NCBI RefSeq assembly: GCF_031769215.1
Contig: NW_026782301.1
Location: forward strand, 124,001 to 188,000
Direction of reading: 5' to 3'
Origin: Ylistrum balloti
Lineage: Eukaryota
DNA: 64,000 nucleotides
Both the position numbers and the translations under genes were made by a program. Shown piece by piece: positions 37,186 to 51,646 of this stretch (positions within the stretch are counted from its first letter, which is position 1; each line of letters starts with the position of its first letter). Under the pieces are notes generated by a model, which saw only the letters and a list, made by a program, of their open reading frames with translations, was not told the origin of the DNA and did not search any database.

Positions 37186-38939
37186 GATGTAGTATCCTCT
37201 AAAGGTGTAGAATTGTTTAATCCTGCCATCAACACTATTGTGTTTCAACGACTCACGATGTAAGAGCTGAACAGAGAACAAGGAAGGAATGGTCTTTTAT
37301 CAGATCTAGGAATGTGTTAGTACATTTAAGGTCAATATTTTATAAATAGATTACTGTATATATCCTACAATCCAACACAGAGTTAGGAGGTTGCCTATAA
37401 TACCACAGGACAGGTAACAACTTGGAATATTTTGACTTTCGGAAAAGTTCAAATGTTAAACCGTATTTACTGGGAATTTCTTTTAACAAACAGACTTGTA
37501 CTTTTAATTGAAAGTGTCAAAATAAAATTTTGTGTAGTCAAAAACATACTCTTAAGCTTACAGGGTTACTGGATATCTGTTTGCACCAATAAATTAGTAT
37601 GGGCTTATCACTGGATAAAAGTACTGGTTAAGTTCAGTTGGCAATGTAAATCATTGATAATAGAAGATTATGTCCTGCATTCGAGGACATGCCTAATGCA
37701 GTTCCACTGTTCAAACATATTAGTGAAAATGATGATTTAGAATGCAATCACATACCCCGAGATATTACCACAGGGTCACTTCCATCTCCATAAGCCTGAT
37801 TGTAGTAAGGGTTCCTTTACAGAGCTGTATATTGGGGGTGGGGCGAGGGTGCCAGTTTGCACACAAAATGACTAGATGTAAATTCAATGAGTTAAATGTT
37901 ATAGTAAAACCTCCAACAATATCTCTTTATAGGTCATGGCTGTTTTTCTTACATGAATGTTAATCAATGTCATGCTGTAACGATTGACCAATAAACCCTG
38001 GCCAATGTAAATATTGAGTCATATCGGTGGTTTTAACTTACACACTCCTAGATACAAATCAACTAACAATCCATATCAGGCATCTTAAAGGTCAACAATT
38101 AAATCTCAACATATCTTGTATTGTTCCTGGAGTGTTGACAAGTTCCTACAAATAGATTGTGAAGTACTACACATACCAAGACAGATTACCTGACCTAAAT
38201 CAAAACTTAAAATCATGATCTGTTGTTTTGAAATTCAATCCGACCCTACATAAAATAATACACATTGTGGTATTGACAGGGTGCCAAGTTATTTCTGCTT
38301 ACATCAGACATAGTGGAGTATTATAAGGCCCCTAGTAAATCTACCTTCATAGTACATTTATAGTATTACTTATACTAAGGATATAATTATATTGCCATTT
38401 ACTAAAACCATAAGGTTATTGTCTACATGACCTTTCCTGCCAACAAGTCAATTACACACACACAATAATAAAGAAACAGGTCTCCTATGCTGTAACTTAA
38501 AACTTTAACGAAGTCAACTGGAAGTTAAACTTCTAGTCTTTATTCATGAATGAAAAGAATTTAGCTCATCCGAGAATAGACAAACACCAGTGTTTAAGAT
38601 GTTGGTCTGATTCTCATACCTGTTGACACCTGTAATCAGAGCTCATCATACTTTCATTGAAACAGGTAAAACTTGTCCACACAGAATCTGTATACCATAT
38701 AAACATCATTCTTTTTACAAACATTATCAATACTATATTGGCAGACCGGACACACAAAACAAATCAAATTGGACCACAGTCTGTCTTTTCCTGCTGGATG
38801 TCTCACCTGTACATAATTGTGTACCTGTACAGGTTATGGGGTCAGTGCTCCTAGTTATTTTATCCTATACCAAAGATCAAATTGCGGGTTACAATAACTT
38901 AGAGGGGGTCACAAAAGCTCAGTGAGAAGTGTTGCAATT

Positions 38940-39135
38940 TGTAGTCTCGGGTAAAAATCCAAGGTGTTCAGTTTGAACCTGCATGGGGCAACTTGTTTCC
39001 TCATTAAGATGAGAAACAAATCATCTTGTTCTGCATTGTTGTTCTCCTAGACAAGGCACTGTCATTTCACCAACTGTTTTGATGGAATGTGATGGGCCTC
39101 CTGTATGTTGTTCAAGAGAAGACCAGCCACAAATG
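38940..39135 (+). mobile_element. Possible decayed tRNA-derived SINE fragment
   Basis: gttcagtttgaacctg (B-box-like), then ctagacaaggcact…gatggaatgtgatgggcctcctgt, in the order seen in V/MESC-type SINEs (recalled similarity only). Confidence 0.3.
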
Positions 39136-42034
39136 AAACCTAGAAGTACTTGAAATACAAGCAGACATCATATTTTACCCGATAGGAAAGTGAAAAAAGG
39201 CAATAAGTGACCATTCAAGTACCGTATTTTCTGTTATAAGCCGTTGCTTTTTTCCTTGGTAGTGAGGCATGTGGCTTATATACCAGTGCAGTTTATATGC
39301 GGATGAGAAAAAATCAGCGGGATGAAAAAAAAAAGAAGAATATTGTCTGGACATCAATTCCAGACCTTTATGTATTTCAAGAACAGCCATTTTGTTGTGG
39401 CATATCATATGCACTATTGACCTGCATTACCTGGCTTCCAGATCACCTTGGTTGAGGCAACATGTCATGCTTTCAGAAAGAATAAAAAATTGTGATTTAA
39501 ACCAAGGATACCAGTACATCAGAATTAGACATCAGTACCAAGTATTTTTCAAGTACCTGTCCATCACGTGTTTGTGACTGAAACAGATCATCTACAACCA
39601 TCATTTGCAACTCTATACAGGATGGAAATAAAAATAACATACTCTTGGACTTCATTAATCATATCTTTTAATATCAATCACAATAATGTCTTCTGAACTA
39701 TTGTGGTTGCTTCGGAAGCCATAGCGGAAATCAACCATAGTCTGTTGCATCCTGGGATGATAGATCATCACGTCAAATTCTAGAATGACCAACATGCTTG
39801 TTTATGATAAGAATAGTTACATGTAACTTACCAGAAATAATATGGAACTGAAAGAATTTTGCCAGCTTGTAAGGGCCTTCGTTAATATCTAACAGTACAG
39901 ACACTGATGGAAATATTGTGAAGTAAACTGTACATAACGTCAGGCCCTGTATCTGTGTGTAGACAATTTTTGAAGACTCCCTAGCCACAGTTCGACAATT
40001 GCTATTTGATGTTTTCAAAACAAAGGACTATCAACGTATAATTCATTTGCAACCTTATATGAAATGTTTCACTGATGATCTTGATAAATTGCCTTCCGTT
40101 GTCTGTTATATTAATAAACTTTGGTCAACATATCAGTTACCACATTGTAAGAAAGGGTGCAGGTTATATCTCTGATGCGTCTTATATGTGGCTCAAATCC
40201 TAAAAAATCGCTAAAAACCAGCCCTGTGGCTTATACTTGGGTGCCACTTATAGCCCGGATAATACAGTACCATTTTAACCTTAACCACCAAACCTTAAAA
40301 GTTTATAACAGAATCATGATGTAAAACATTTGAGGCACCTATATGTATGATGTAATTAAGATTTTAACTTCAGAGGTGGTCAAATGTCATGTCACAATTT
40401 AATTTGGTATCACCTTACTTTTAGTGGTATAAACTAAATCTGTTGAGTTTTGTAATATCACATATTAATATAGACAAAATGTGAAAACACAAAGCCTCAA
40501 ATTAATTACTATATTTACCACATATAAATCAATAACAAACTACACCATGCTGTAATAATGCTCGACAATATATCTTTTCATTGATTTAACAACAAGTTTC
40601 AAGTTACTGTGCAGATCTGGTACCATAATTCACACATTCTCAAAAAACAGCATCATTTACATAACTGGAAAGCATCAGATAACCTAAGGGTGGCCATCCA
40701 ATCAGAAATGGCTTTTAATTAAGGGGCATTTAAATGGGGAAAGGTTATGAAATAGTTAACATATTTACAGGTTATTCTAGGTTAGAGAGTAACTGTACAA
40801 TTAAATTATCATAGTTTCTTAGCAAGTAATTAAATCTTCTGAAAGAGCTCCATAATTTTTTAATTATCATAAAATCCCCATTAATTTGTGGATCTTTATT
40901 TCATTCCCGTATGATAATGTAGACACCTACATTTAAAACATCACAGTCCTTTGGTCGTCCCTGTAAAACCAGTAGAGGAGATTATGGTGTATATATGTAA
41001 ATGATAGACACTTTTAGCTGATCTGAGGCCAGCACTACTTCGACTACTGATTATCTTGCCAGTGACCTAATGAATACATTTATCTTATTTATGTCCAAAG
41101 ACACTATTCATGGATGAAAGCATCACAAAGACCTGTTGATAAAATATGACAAATATGTAAGTGTAGGTGAGGAATGCCCTGGTTTTGACAGACTCACCTT
41201 GATCAGCAAGCTGTTATATCAAAACCTTAGTCATGGATTCCTACAACGGGGAAAACTAGCTAGTCAAACAAGTATTTTTCATCAAAATTCAGGCATACCT
41301 TTTAAATGAAAGAGATAATACACAACTTTTTTTCACAACCCTGTGTCATTCACAGAAGGATCAATATTGTTTTTGAAGGACCATCGAAAAAGTTCAGATT
41401 CTTCATTTGTTTGTTCAATCAAGAAAGAAGTGAGGGGGAGTCTTATACATACTGTGATAACATGTCAACTACCTTTAAACATGTGTAGGTTGTTTCATCA
41501 TGAAACCAGGAACTTACTATAGATTTTATATGTACGTAACTATTATATATATCTGTGTATACACTCGTAATGATAAACCCACATTGTTATCTAATATGTT
41601 TTAATCAATATATTAATGTACACAAACAACAAAACATGATTCCACTATCAAGTCAGACACACATTAACCTAGGTCCCACAGATTAACTTTTAATTTGAAC
41701 ACTGTCCTGTATTGAAGTGCGTCTGGAAGGGAGGTGATGTATGGCGAGGATGATTGGGTCTGTCATTAATCACACAGTAACACAATCAAGCTTCACGGGT
41801 CCCACACGTACCTACTGAGGCTTCCTAATCGGGGCACAAACATGTACCTGTCAAGTATAACAAGGTGTTACACCTGAACATCACAAAAAGTGAACACTGA
41901 TTACACGATATACAACTATTTATCATCATGATGCTATATTACAAGGTTGTCTTATAGAGAAAATGGACAATATATCATCAAAGTCATTGCCAACATTCCT
42001 GCCTCTAATGTTACTATTACAAAGAAAGTAGGTA

Positions 42035-43581
42035 AACTACCTACATCAACATTATACTACCTACATCAACATTAAACTACCTACATCAACATTATACTAC
42101 CTACATCAACATTATACTAACTACATCAACATTACACTACCTACATCAACATTATACTACCTACATCAACATTATACTACCTACATCAACATTGAACTAC
42201 CTACATCAACATTGAACTACCTACATCAACATTAAACTACCTACATCAACATTGAACTACCTACATCAACATTACACTACCTACATCAACATTATACTAC
42301 CTACATCAACATTATACTACCTACATCAACATTGATACATCAACATTAAACTACCTACATCAACATTAAACTACCTACATCAACATTGATACATCAACAT
42401 TATACTACCTACATCAACATTATACTACCTACATCAACATTACACTACCTACATCAACATTATACTACCTACATCAACATTATACTACCTACATCAACAT
42501 TGAACTACCTACATCAACATTATACTACCTACATCAACATTATACTACCTACATCAACATTGAACTACCTACATCAACATTATACTACCTACATCAACAT
42601 TATACTACCTACATCAACATTGAACTACCTACATCAACATTGAACTACCTACATCAACATTGAACAACTTACATCAACATTGATACATCAACATTATACT
42701 ACCTACATCAACATTGAACTACCTACATCAACATTATACTACCTACATCAACATTATACTACCTACATCAACATTGAACTACCTACATCAACATTATACT
42801 ACCTACATCAACATTAAACTACCTACATCAACATTGAACTACCTACATCAACATTGAACTACCTACATCAATATTAAACTACCTACATCAACATTAAACT
42901 ACCTACATCAACATTATACTACCTACATCAACATTGAACTACCTACATCAACATTGATACATCAACATCATACTACCTACATCAACATTGAACTACCTAC
43001 ATCAACATTATACTACCTACATCAACATTGAATTACCTACATCAACATTGAACTACCTACATCAACATTGAATTACCTACATAAACATTGAACTACCTAC
43101 ATCAACATTATACTACCTACATCAACATTGAACTACCTACATCAACATTGAACTACCTACATCAACATTAAACTACCTACATCAACATTGAACTACCTAC
43201 ATCAACATTAAACTACCTACATCAACATTGAACTACCTACATCAACATTGAACTACCAACATCAACATTGATACATCAACATTAAACTACCTACATCAAC
43301 ATTGAACTACCGACATCAACATTGAACTACCTACATCAACATTGAACTACCTACATCAACATTATACTACCTACATCAACATTAAACTACCTACATCAAC
43401 ATTATACTACCTACATCAACATTATACTACCTACATCAACATTATACTACCTACATCAACATTGAACTACCTACATCAACATTATACTACCTACATCAAC
43501 ATTATACTACCTACATCAACATTGAACTACCTACATCAACATTGATACATCAACATTAAACTACATACATCAACATTGAAC
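42035..43581. repeat. 20-bp minisatellite, ~75 copies
   Basis: actacctacatcaacatt(at/ga/aa), with occasional 12-bp short units. Confidence 0.97.
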
Positions 43582-44191
43582 TAGAGATCTATTTCAGAGA
43601 AGAAAAACATGTTGCCCTTTATCAACACATTTGCTGTTTTGTATCAGATAAAGTATAAGATTGAAATGAAAGTCACTTATTCATGTCCTGGCAAAATTCA
43701 GTCTGATTTGAGGTCAAGGCTGCCATGATCCAATTACAGAAGACTGGTCTCCATCAGTGGAAGATAAAGGTATACAGAACTTTCATTCAGTTCTTAAGAT
43801 ACAAGTTATTGCCTACATCAACATTAAACTACATACATCAACATTAAACTTCAGTACAAGTTATTGCCCACATAAGAAATTATTTTCAAAATATGCACTT
43901 ATTCTACTTGATCTTTAGTCCAAGGTCACAATAACCTAAAGAGAGTGTACTGCATAGTCACTTTAGGTGATACAATTATACTGCAAGCTAATAGTTTAGA
44001 ATATGTCCAGACACCAGATAATTAAAGAACCACTAGTAGAAGACCTCAAACCAAGTATCCCTTCAAAGTGATAAATACCTATCTGAATAATGGGGCACAT
44101 CACCACTATATAAAGTCACATCAGTCAGAACGCCACCATTTAAATAACTAGGCAGGTTACCAAAAAGTTTTGTTTGGAGGCAAAATAAACG

Positions 44192-46614
44192 TACAGCCAA
44201 ATCATACCATGACCAGCTACAAACTGGTGTTCTACAGCGAAATCATACCTTGACCAGCTACAAACTGGTGTTCTACAGCGAAATCTTTCCTTGACCACCT
44301 ACAAACTGGTGTTCTACGGCGAAATCATACCTTGACCAGCTACAAACTGGTGTTCTACAGCCACATCATACCATGACCAGCTACAAACTGGTGTTCTACA
44401 GCGAAATCATACCTTGACCAGCTACAAACTGGTGTTCTACGGCCAAATCATACCTTGACCAGCTACAAACTGGTGTTCTACTGCGAAATCATACCTTGAC
44501 CAGCTACAAACTGGTGTTCTACGGCCAAATCATACCTTGACCAGCTACAAACTGGTGTTCTACGGCCAAATCATACCTTGACCAGCTACAAACTGGTGTT
44601 CTACGGCCAAATCATACCTTGACCAGCTACAAACTGGTGTTCTACGGCCAAATCATACCTTGACCAGCTACAAACTGGTGTTCTACGGCCAAATCATACC
44701 TTGACCAGCTACAAACTGGTGTTCTACGGCCAAATCATACCTTGACCAGCTACAAACTGGTGTTCTACGGCCAAATCATACCTTGACCAGCTACAAACTG
44801 GTGTTCTACGGCCAAATCATACCATGACCAGCTACAAACTGGTGTTCTACGGCCAAATCATACCTTGACCAGCTACAAACTGGTGTTCTACGGCCAAATC
44901 ATACCTTGACCAGCTACAAACTGGTGTTCTACGGCGAAATCATACCTTGACCAGCTACAAACTGGTGTTCTACGGCGAAATCATACCTTGACCAGCTACA
45001 AACTGGTGTTCTACGGCGAAATCATACCTTGACCAGCTACAAACTGGTGTTCTACGTCGAAATCATACCTTGACCAGCTACAAACTGGTGTTCTACGGCC
45101 AAATCATACCTTGACCAGCTACAAACTGGTGTTCTACAGCCAAATCATACCTTGACCAGCTACAAACTGGTGTTCTACGGCCAAATCATACCTTGACCAG
45201 CTACAAACTGGTGTTCTACAGCGAAATCATACCTTGACCAGCTACAAACTGGTGTTCTACAGCGAAATCATACCTTGACCAGCTACAAACTGGTGTTCTA
45301 CAGCCAAATCATACCTTGACCAGCTACAAACTGGTGTTCTACGGCCAAATCATACCTTGACCAGCTACAAACTGGTGTTCTACGGCCAAATCATACCTTG
45401 ACCAGCTACAAACTGGTGTTCTACAGCCAAATCATACCTTGACCAGCTACAAACTGGTGTTCTACAGCAAAATCATACCTTGACCAGCTACAAACTGGTG
45501 TTCTACAGCCAAATCATACCTTGACCAGCTACAAACTGGTGTTCTACAGCCAAATCATACCTTGACCAGCTACAAACTGGTGTTCTACAGCGAAATCTTT
45601 CCTTGACCACCTACAAACTGGTGTTCTACAGCGAAATCATACCTTGACCAGCTACAAACTGGTGTTCTACAGCGAAATCATACCTTGACCAACTACAAAC
45701 TGGTGTTCTACAGCGAAATCATACCTTGACCAGCTACAAACTGGTGTTCTACGGCCAAATCATACCTTGACCAGCTACAAACTGGTGTTCTACGGCCAAA
45801 TCATACCTTGACCAGCTACAAACTGGTGTTCTACAGCGAAATCATACCTTGACCAGCTACAAACTGGTGTTCTACAGCCAAATCATACCTTGACCAGCTA
45901 CAAACTGGTGTTCTACAGCAAAATCATACCTTGACCAGCTACAAACTGGTGTTCTACGGCCAAATCATACCTTGACCAGCTACAAACTGGTGTTCTACGG
46001 CCAAATCATACCTTGACCAGCTACAAACTGGTGTTCTACAGCCAAATCATACCTTGACCAGCTACAAACTGGTGTTCTACAGCAAAATCATACCTTGACC
46101 AGCTACAAACTGGTGTTCTACAGCCAAATCATACCTTGACCAGCTACAAACTGGTGTTCTACAGCCAAATCATACCTTGACCAGCTACAAACTGGTGTTC
46201 TACAGCGAAATCTTTCCTTGACCACCTACAAACTGGTGTTCTACAGCGAAATCATACCTTGACCAGCTACAAACTGGTGTTCTACAGCGAAATCATACCT
46301 TGACCAACTACAAACTGGTGTTCTACAGCGAAATCATACCTTGACCAACTACAAACTGGTGTTCTACAGCGAAATCATACCTTGACCAACTACAAACTGG
46401 TGTTCTACAGCCAAATCATACCTTGACCAACTATAAACTGGTGTTCGACAGCGAAATCATACCTTGACCAACTAGAAACTGGTGTTCTACAACAAAATCA
46501 TACTATGACCAGCTACAAACTGGTGTTCTACAGCCAAATCATACCATGACCAGCTACAAACTGGTGTTCTACAGCGAAATCATACCTTGACCAGCTACAA
46601 ACTGGTGTTCTACG
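44192..46614. repeat. 41-bp minisatellite, ~59 copies
   Basis: gaccagctacaaactggtgttctac(g/a)gc(c/g)aaatcatacctt; internal inverted repeat accag/ctggt. Confidence 0.97.
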
Positions 46615-48894
46615 ACATAGATTTATCTACAGCTGTTTGCAGTGAGATTTCATAAACAAAATATCATTTTATGTACTAAATATGATATAACACTAAATCC
46701 AATAAGTCATCATACAAAAACCAATGACTTCTTTTTCCTTAAGCCCATCTGATTTCCTTTTATGGTAAGAAAACATGCCACACAATAGAGTAAAGCATTA
46801 TGGTACGAGATCAGGTTATTTTACAGTTAAGTCACATTGTCATAATGCTTTGTTACAGATTTCTACTAAACCAGTTTTACATGTTAACAACTTTTGTTCC
46901 TCTCCAGCAATAGTTATCAGCACATTACATTACTTAATGCTTACATGTATTGCATACATACTTACTTCTTGGGTTACAGATAACCAATTTCAAACCAATG
47001 TTAATTCATGTTTGATATCACAATTAATAGCAAGTAATTTTTTAAAACTATCAAGGTATGTCATTTCCCAATTGACTATGAGACACTCGAGTACTTTCCT
47101 CCTAGGAAAAAATTGTTGATAAATTTGCTGTTTGCGAGTTTAATTAGAAAGAAGAAAACAGTTTTAAATTCCTCAAATGCATAGCACCAGAGTGAATGTC
47201 ACACATATAAGGAATATTATGCTTACCTTTGTTCTGATTTGTCTCCACTTATATACTATAGTCACTAATGCTCAACATTGTGCACATGCACACAGCCAAA
47301 AGCCCTCCATTGACAAAGTGCTGCTGACACATCCAGAACAAACCACCCAGGGCATGACCAGATCAACAGATAACTATTTAGAGGCCAGCTTGTAAATACT
47401 TCCCTTATCATTGAGAAATAGTTTGCCTCTTCAAATCCAGTGACCTGCCACACTGTGTATTTTTGAGAAGTATCATTTACAAAGAAAGTATTAGGTGTGA
47501 TGAAGCGACCTCGTAAAAGGAGGGCTGATGATCTTCAACTCTCTCCACATATCAAAATGAACTGATGGGACACCAAAACTCCGATGTAAAGTACATCATT
47601 ATTGTGTGTTACTCTTATGACAGAATTTGAGAAATCACAAAATGTGACAAAATGCAAACATACATGACTGTATGTATCCATCTGGTTAATATGTAATGCC
47701 CAGACAGGTCACAACAATCCAAAAACATGTACAACTTCAATAAATCTCTGTTGTAGATTTTTTTTAATACTGTTACATCATGTTGTCTGACATGCTAGTG
47801 TGACCTTGAGGTTTGCATGTACAATAAATCAATGTCATGGTTGAATACATCCACATGCATTAGGTCTCCAACTACATACAATCTCCCACTACATAAGCTT
47901 AGCAGGGTCCACACAGTTAATACATATCAAAAATCTAATTTACATGAAGTAAAAAGTCCTGTACAGAAGGTATATGACAGTACAGAGTTTATGTAAATCC
48001 ACCTATCTCAGGTATGTAGACTTCACAAGGAAGGTATTTTCTGACTCCTGATCACTCACCCTTTTCAAGGTCAAAGTGAATGAGATATATACCCTATATG
48101 TAGACACCAACGACAGCTACATGTATATACAAATATAAACAAAAAATAATGAGAAATTATTAAAATTGTAAATCGTGTAAAGATATGACAAAACTACCTG
48201 TGTACACCCCAACTGAAGAGATATTCTTACTCACTTAGTATACTAACTTAACAAAAATTTTACAATGAAGATTTAAAATTAAAAATAATCTCCTGTGGTA
48301 AACCGAGATATTTAATCTGATATGTTTAAGATATTGGATGTGTGGTGACTGTCCTTTGATAAAGAGAGTACACAGAAACTATCTGGTACACAGAAATAAA
48401 AGGATTCCTGCGCCGTTTTTTTGGGTCATGTCTTTGTTTTGGTAGAACTCCAATGTACTGAGCTTTACACTCCAGTAAGTACAACTTAAAGGGGATCTAT
48501 GTATTTTTAACTCTATACCTACATTCCATAACATTGACAGGTTCTATATATCTGTGTGATCTGCTGAACCCCACCTCTTTCCTACCCTGTAGATTGAACC
48601 CGGCATATATAGGTCAGATCAGACCCAGGTAGCTATCAAACAGTCCTGATCACAACTGACCAATCCAAAGCTTCATCCAAACATACAGCCTATAAGGAAC
48701 CTGGCACACACCAGTGTTAGATCTTCATTTGTTCTTTTAAAACTGGACCTTATCCCCTCCCTTCTCTTTAATTCTTTACTCTTATTTGCTTTTACAGGGG
48801 TATTTATATGATATTAGAGAATTCCCTGAAGAAATAGCAAAACTAATCTGTCAAATCAATGATCCACTCTCCTCAAGAAATTGTCATTGAACAA

Positions 48895-49100
48895 TCTTTC
48901 ATATTCAAAATTCAAGATGGCCACCTGCTAGCCATTTTGTTTTTCTGATCAGTCCCACAATCAAAAGAGGACAACTAGTGACCAAAGAGAACTTACATAT
49001 GAAATTTGAAAAAGATCCATCGGATTAAGCAATCAGAGAATAGTTTACAGATAATTGCACGGACCAGGACTAATGTGTTGGGCAATAACCCACCATCTGG
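48895..49100 (+). mobile_element. Diverged single-core relative of the pearl-like element
   Basis: caaaattcaagatggccacctg…caactagtgaccaaagagaacttacatatgaaatttgaaaaagatccatc followed by aataacccaccatct; same motifs and order as copies 1 and 2. Confidence 0.6.
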
Positions 49101-51296
49101 TGAATAGATTTACTAAGGTGTTGAAGTTGAGTTGGAATTGTGAGACTTTGAAATTCTACCTGCCATCAAGTGTAGAATAGGAATCTGGGCTTTTTACCTG
49201 AAGGTCCTGTCCCTGAATTATACATTCTACAGAGAAGTTACCCATATGTACTTATACATGTACATGAAAATGGGCACCTTTTCTCACCTCATTCCTGGTA
49301 AAATACAACCTACTGCTTAATATGATAAATTTCTATTTGACATGCACTGTAAAGAAACACAACAGACTACATAAAGATTTCCCTGGGGTGGTTTCTTGCT
49401 GTTGGCAAGGTCACTCTTTTCAGCCACATAACTTTTTGACAGGTTATTGTGACACAACAATGATCCTTATCTATCATGTAATATTAAACAACCTGAGCAT
49501 GCACAAGGGTGGAAGAGAGAATATAAAGATATATTCCCCTATACAACAAAGGTATTACACTAGCTCTATGTAAAGTCACGATCCATCGGTATTTACTACA
49601 AGAAACACTCCCAAATTGTCATGGTCTTAAAAATAATATATCATCTCATATAATCCATCCAATATCAGGAGAAAAATACTTTCTGAATGGTTTCAAAAAA
49701 CCATTTCATAATTCAAAGTTACCATTCAACAATCAGCTATAGCTCTGTTGAAATCTAAGATGAATAGTATTGAAATATGCATTATTTACCTGTTAGGAAA
49801 CTCGTCCAGGTGAATTGAATTGTAAACATTGATGTGAAATTTGTAGTAGGATATTATGCCAACTTTACAATTAACACACACTGCAGAAGGGGGCAGGCAT
49901 GACTCAACATTCCTACATTGCAAACAATGATTTAATCCATAAAGGAAGTCACCTAGCATAGCATTTTACACCAGGTTTGATAAAGTGTGGCTCATCCTCT
50001 TTTTCAAAGACCCTTGAGGTTAAAAGCAAATAATATAACACTTTCCTCTCTAATCTTCACAGGATTATGTAAAATATCTACTGCTACAGCCGATTCATAG
50101 CACTGAAATATCTTTTCTTGCTGATACAGGATTTACTTGAAGGTGAAAAAAAAAAAAAAAAAAATCTTGACTGGTGGTCATGCCAAGGACTTTAATTGTA
50201 CATTTGGTATATGAAGGTGAATTTTTCACTGTTCAATCCACACCGAAACAGTCTTTTAAGAAATTAATGTAAAGTAATACAACCTGAAAGAAAATAGTTA
50301 TTCGAAAAACAGAGATATCTTTGGGAATTATTTCAAAAGGAAATAAATATGTTGACAGAGGCCTTTCAGGAGAAGTAAGCCAAAATCTTGTCATGGTTAT
50401 CAGTGATACATTTGTAGGCACTAAACACTACGATGTGTTTGGTGAAGTTCTGTTCACCAACCTGTGGTATTTATTTGACCATGTGTGCAAATGGTGAGAT
50501 ATATAGATAAAATTTCTTTGGCCAATGGGTACAAATGGTAGTCCAGCATGCTAAGGTAAAGGTGCAGAACCTTGTACATTGTTCGATAAGTGAGTTATGC
50601 AGGTTTATTTGGCAAAGGGCCCAAGAAAGGTTGATATAACCAAGGGTAAAATGTTGTAAAACCTATGTAACATTGATAGAAAAGGGATCTCTCCAGGCAG
50701 TAGGTGGTGGATACTTCACTGAACAACATGCAATAGGCCCGCCAAACGCTATCCAAAGCAATTTGAGTAAATGACTAATGTAAGGACACAACTAAATACA
50801 CACCAGATATGTGATAAACCCAAACCTGCACCAGGTCTCATTAGCTTAGGTTACTTGACTTCTGAAAGGTTTTAGTAGGAGAAATCAGTCTAAATTATGT
50901 ACACAATATTGAAAGTGTTTTTCGCTGTAGCAAAACAAAAAGCTAATATTCCAACATAAAATGTAAGATCACAAAGTAAGTACGAATCGCAATGTTCCTG
51001 ATGACTTCCCATCAATTTTGTGTTGACTGGTTTTACACCAACCATAAACAGTCACTCACAGGTATAAATATCCAGTATAGTTGGAATGGTAGTACAAAGG
51101 GGCACTGGTCTGATGGAGGATTGATGGATAGGCAAGTGACGGGTCAATACAAACTGTAAATAAATACCAATCAGTAATATACAGCAGAACACTGCACAGG
51201 TGCTTCTCCAGCAAACTTGGCTGCAGTGGTGACAGTATCTAGCAATAAAGTATGAACTCCCTGATGATGATACAAGTACAGGTAAAACAGCCTCTC

Positions 51297-51646
51297 AAGA
51301 AGCTTTGAGGGGATGTAGACCAGAAGCTTTGAGGGGGTGTAGACCAGAAGCTTTGAGGGGGTGTAGACCAGAAGCTTTGAGAGGGTGTAGACCAGAAGCT
51401 TTGAGGGGGTGTAGACCAGAAGCTTTGAGGGGGTGTAGACCAGAAGCTTTGAGGGGGTGTAGACCAGAGGCTTTGAGAGGGTGTAGACCAGAAGCTTTGA
51501 GGGGGTGTAGACCAGAAGCTTTGAGGGGATGTAGACCAGAAGCTTTGAGGGGGTGTAGACCAGAAGCTTGACCAGAAGCTTTGAGGGGGTGTAGACCAGA
51601 AGCTTTGAGGGGGTGTAGACCAGAAGCCTTGAGGGGGTGTAGACCA
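51297..51646. repeat. 24-bp minisatellite, ~14 copies
   Basis: agaagctttgagggggtgtagacc; gives the (RGCRPEAL)n ORF artefact. Confidence 0.96.

Noticed and set aside
44192-46614. CRISPR-like array (also the 44-, 39- and 59-bp arrays)
   Set aside because: Units are contiguous with no unique spacers, there are no cas genes, and the context is a spliced eukaryotic gene
51305-51571. (RGCRPEAL)n ORF, and similar repeat ORFs at 42386-43545, 62017-62761 and 63609-63986
   Set aside because: Direct translations of minisatellites
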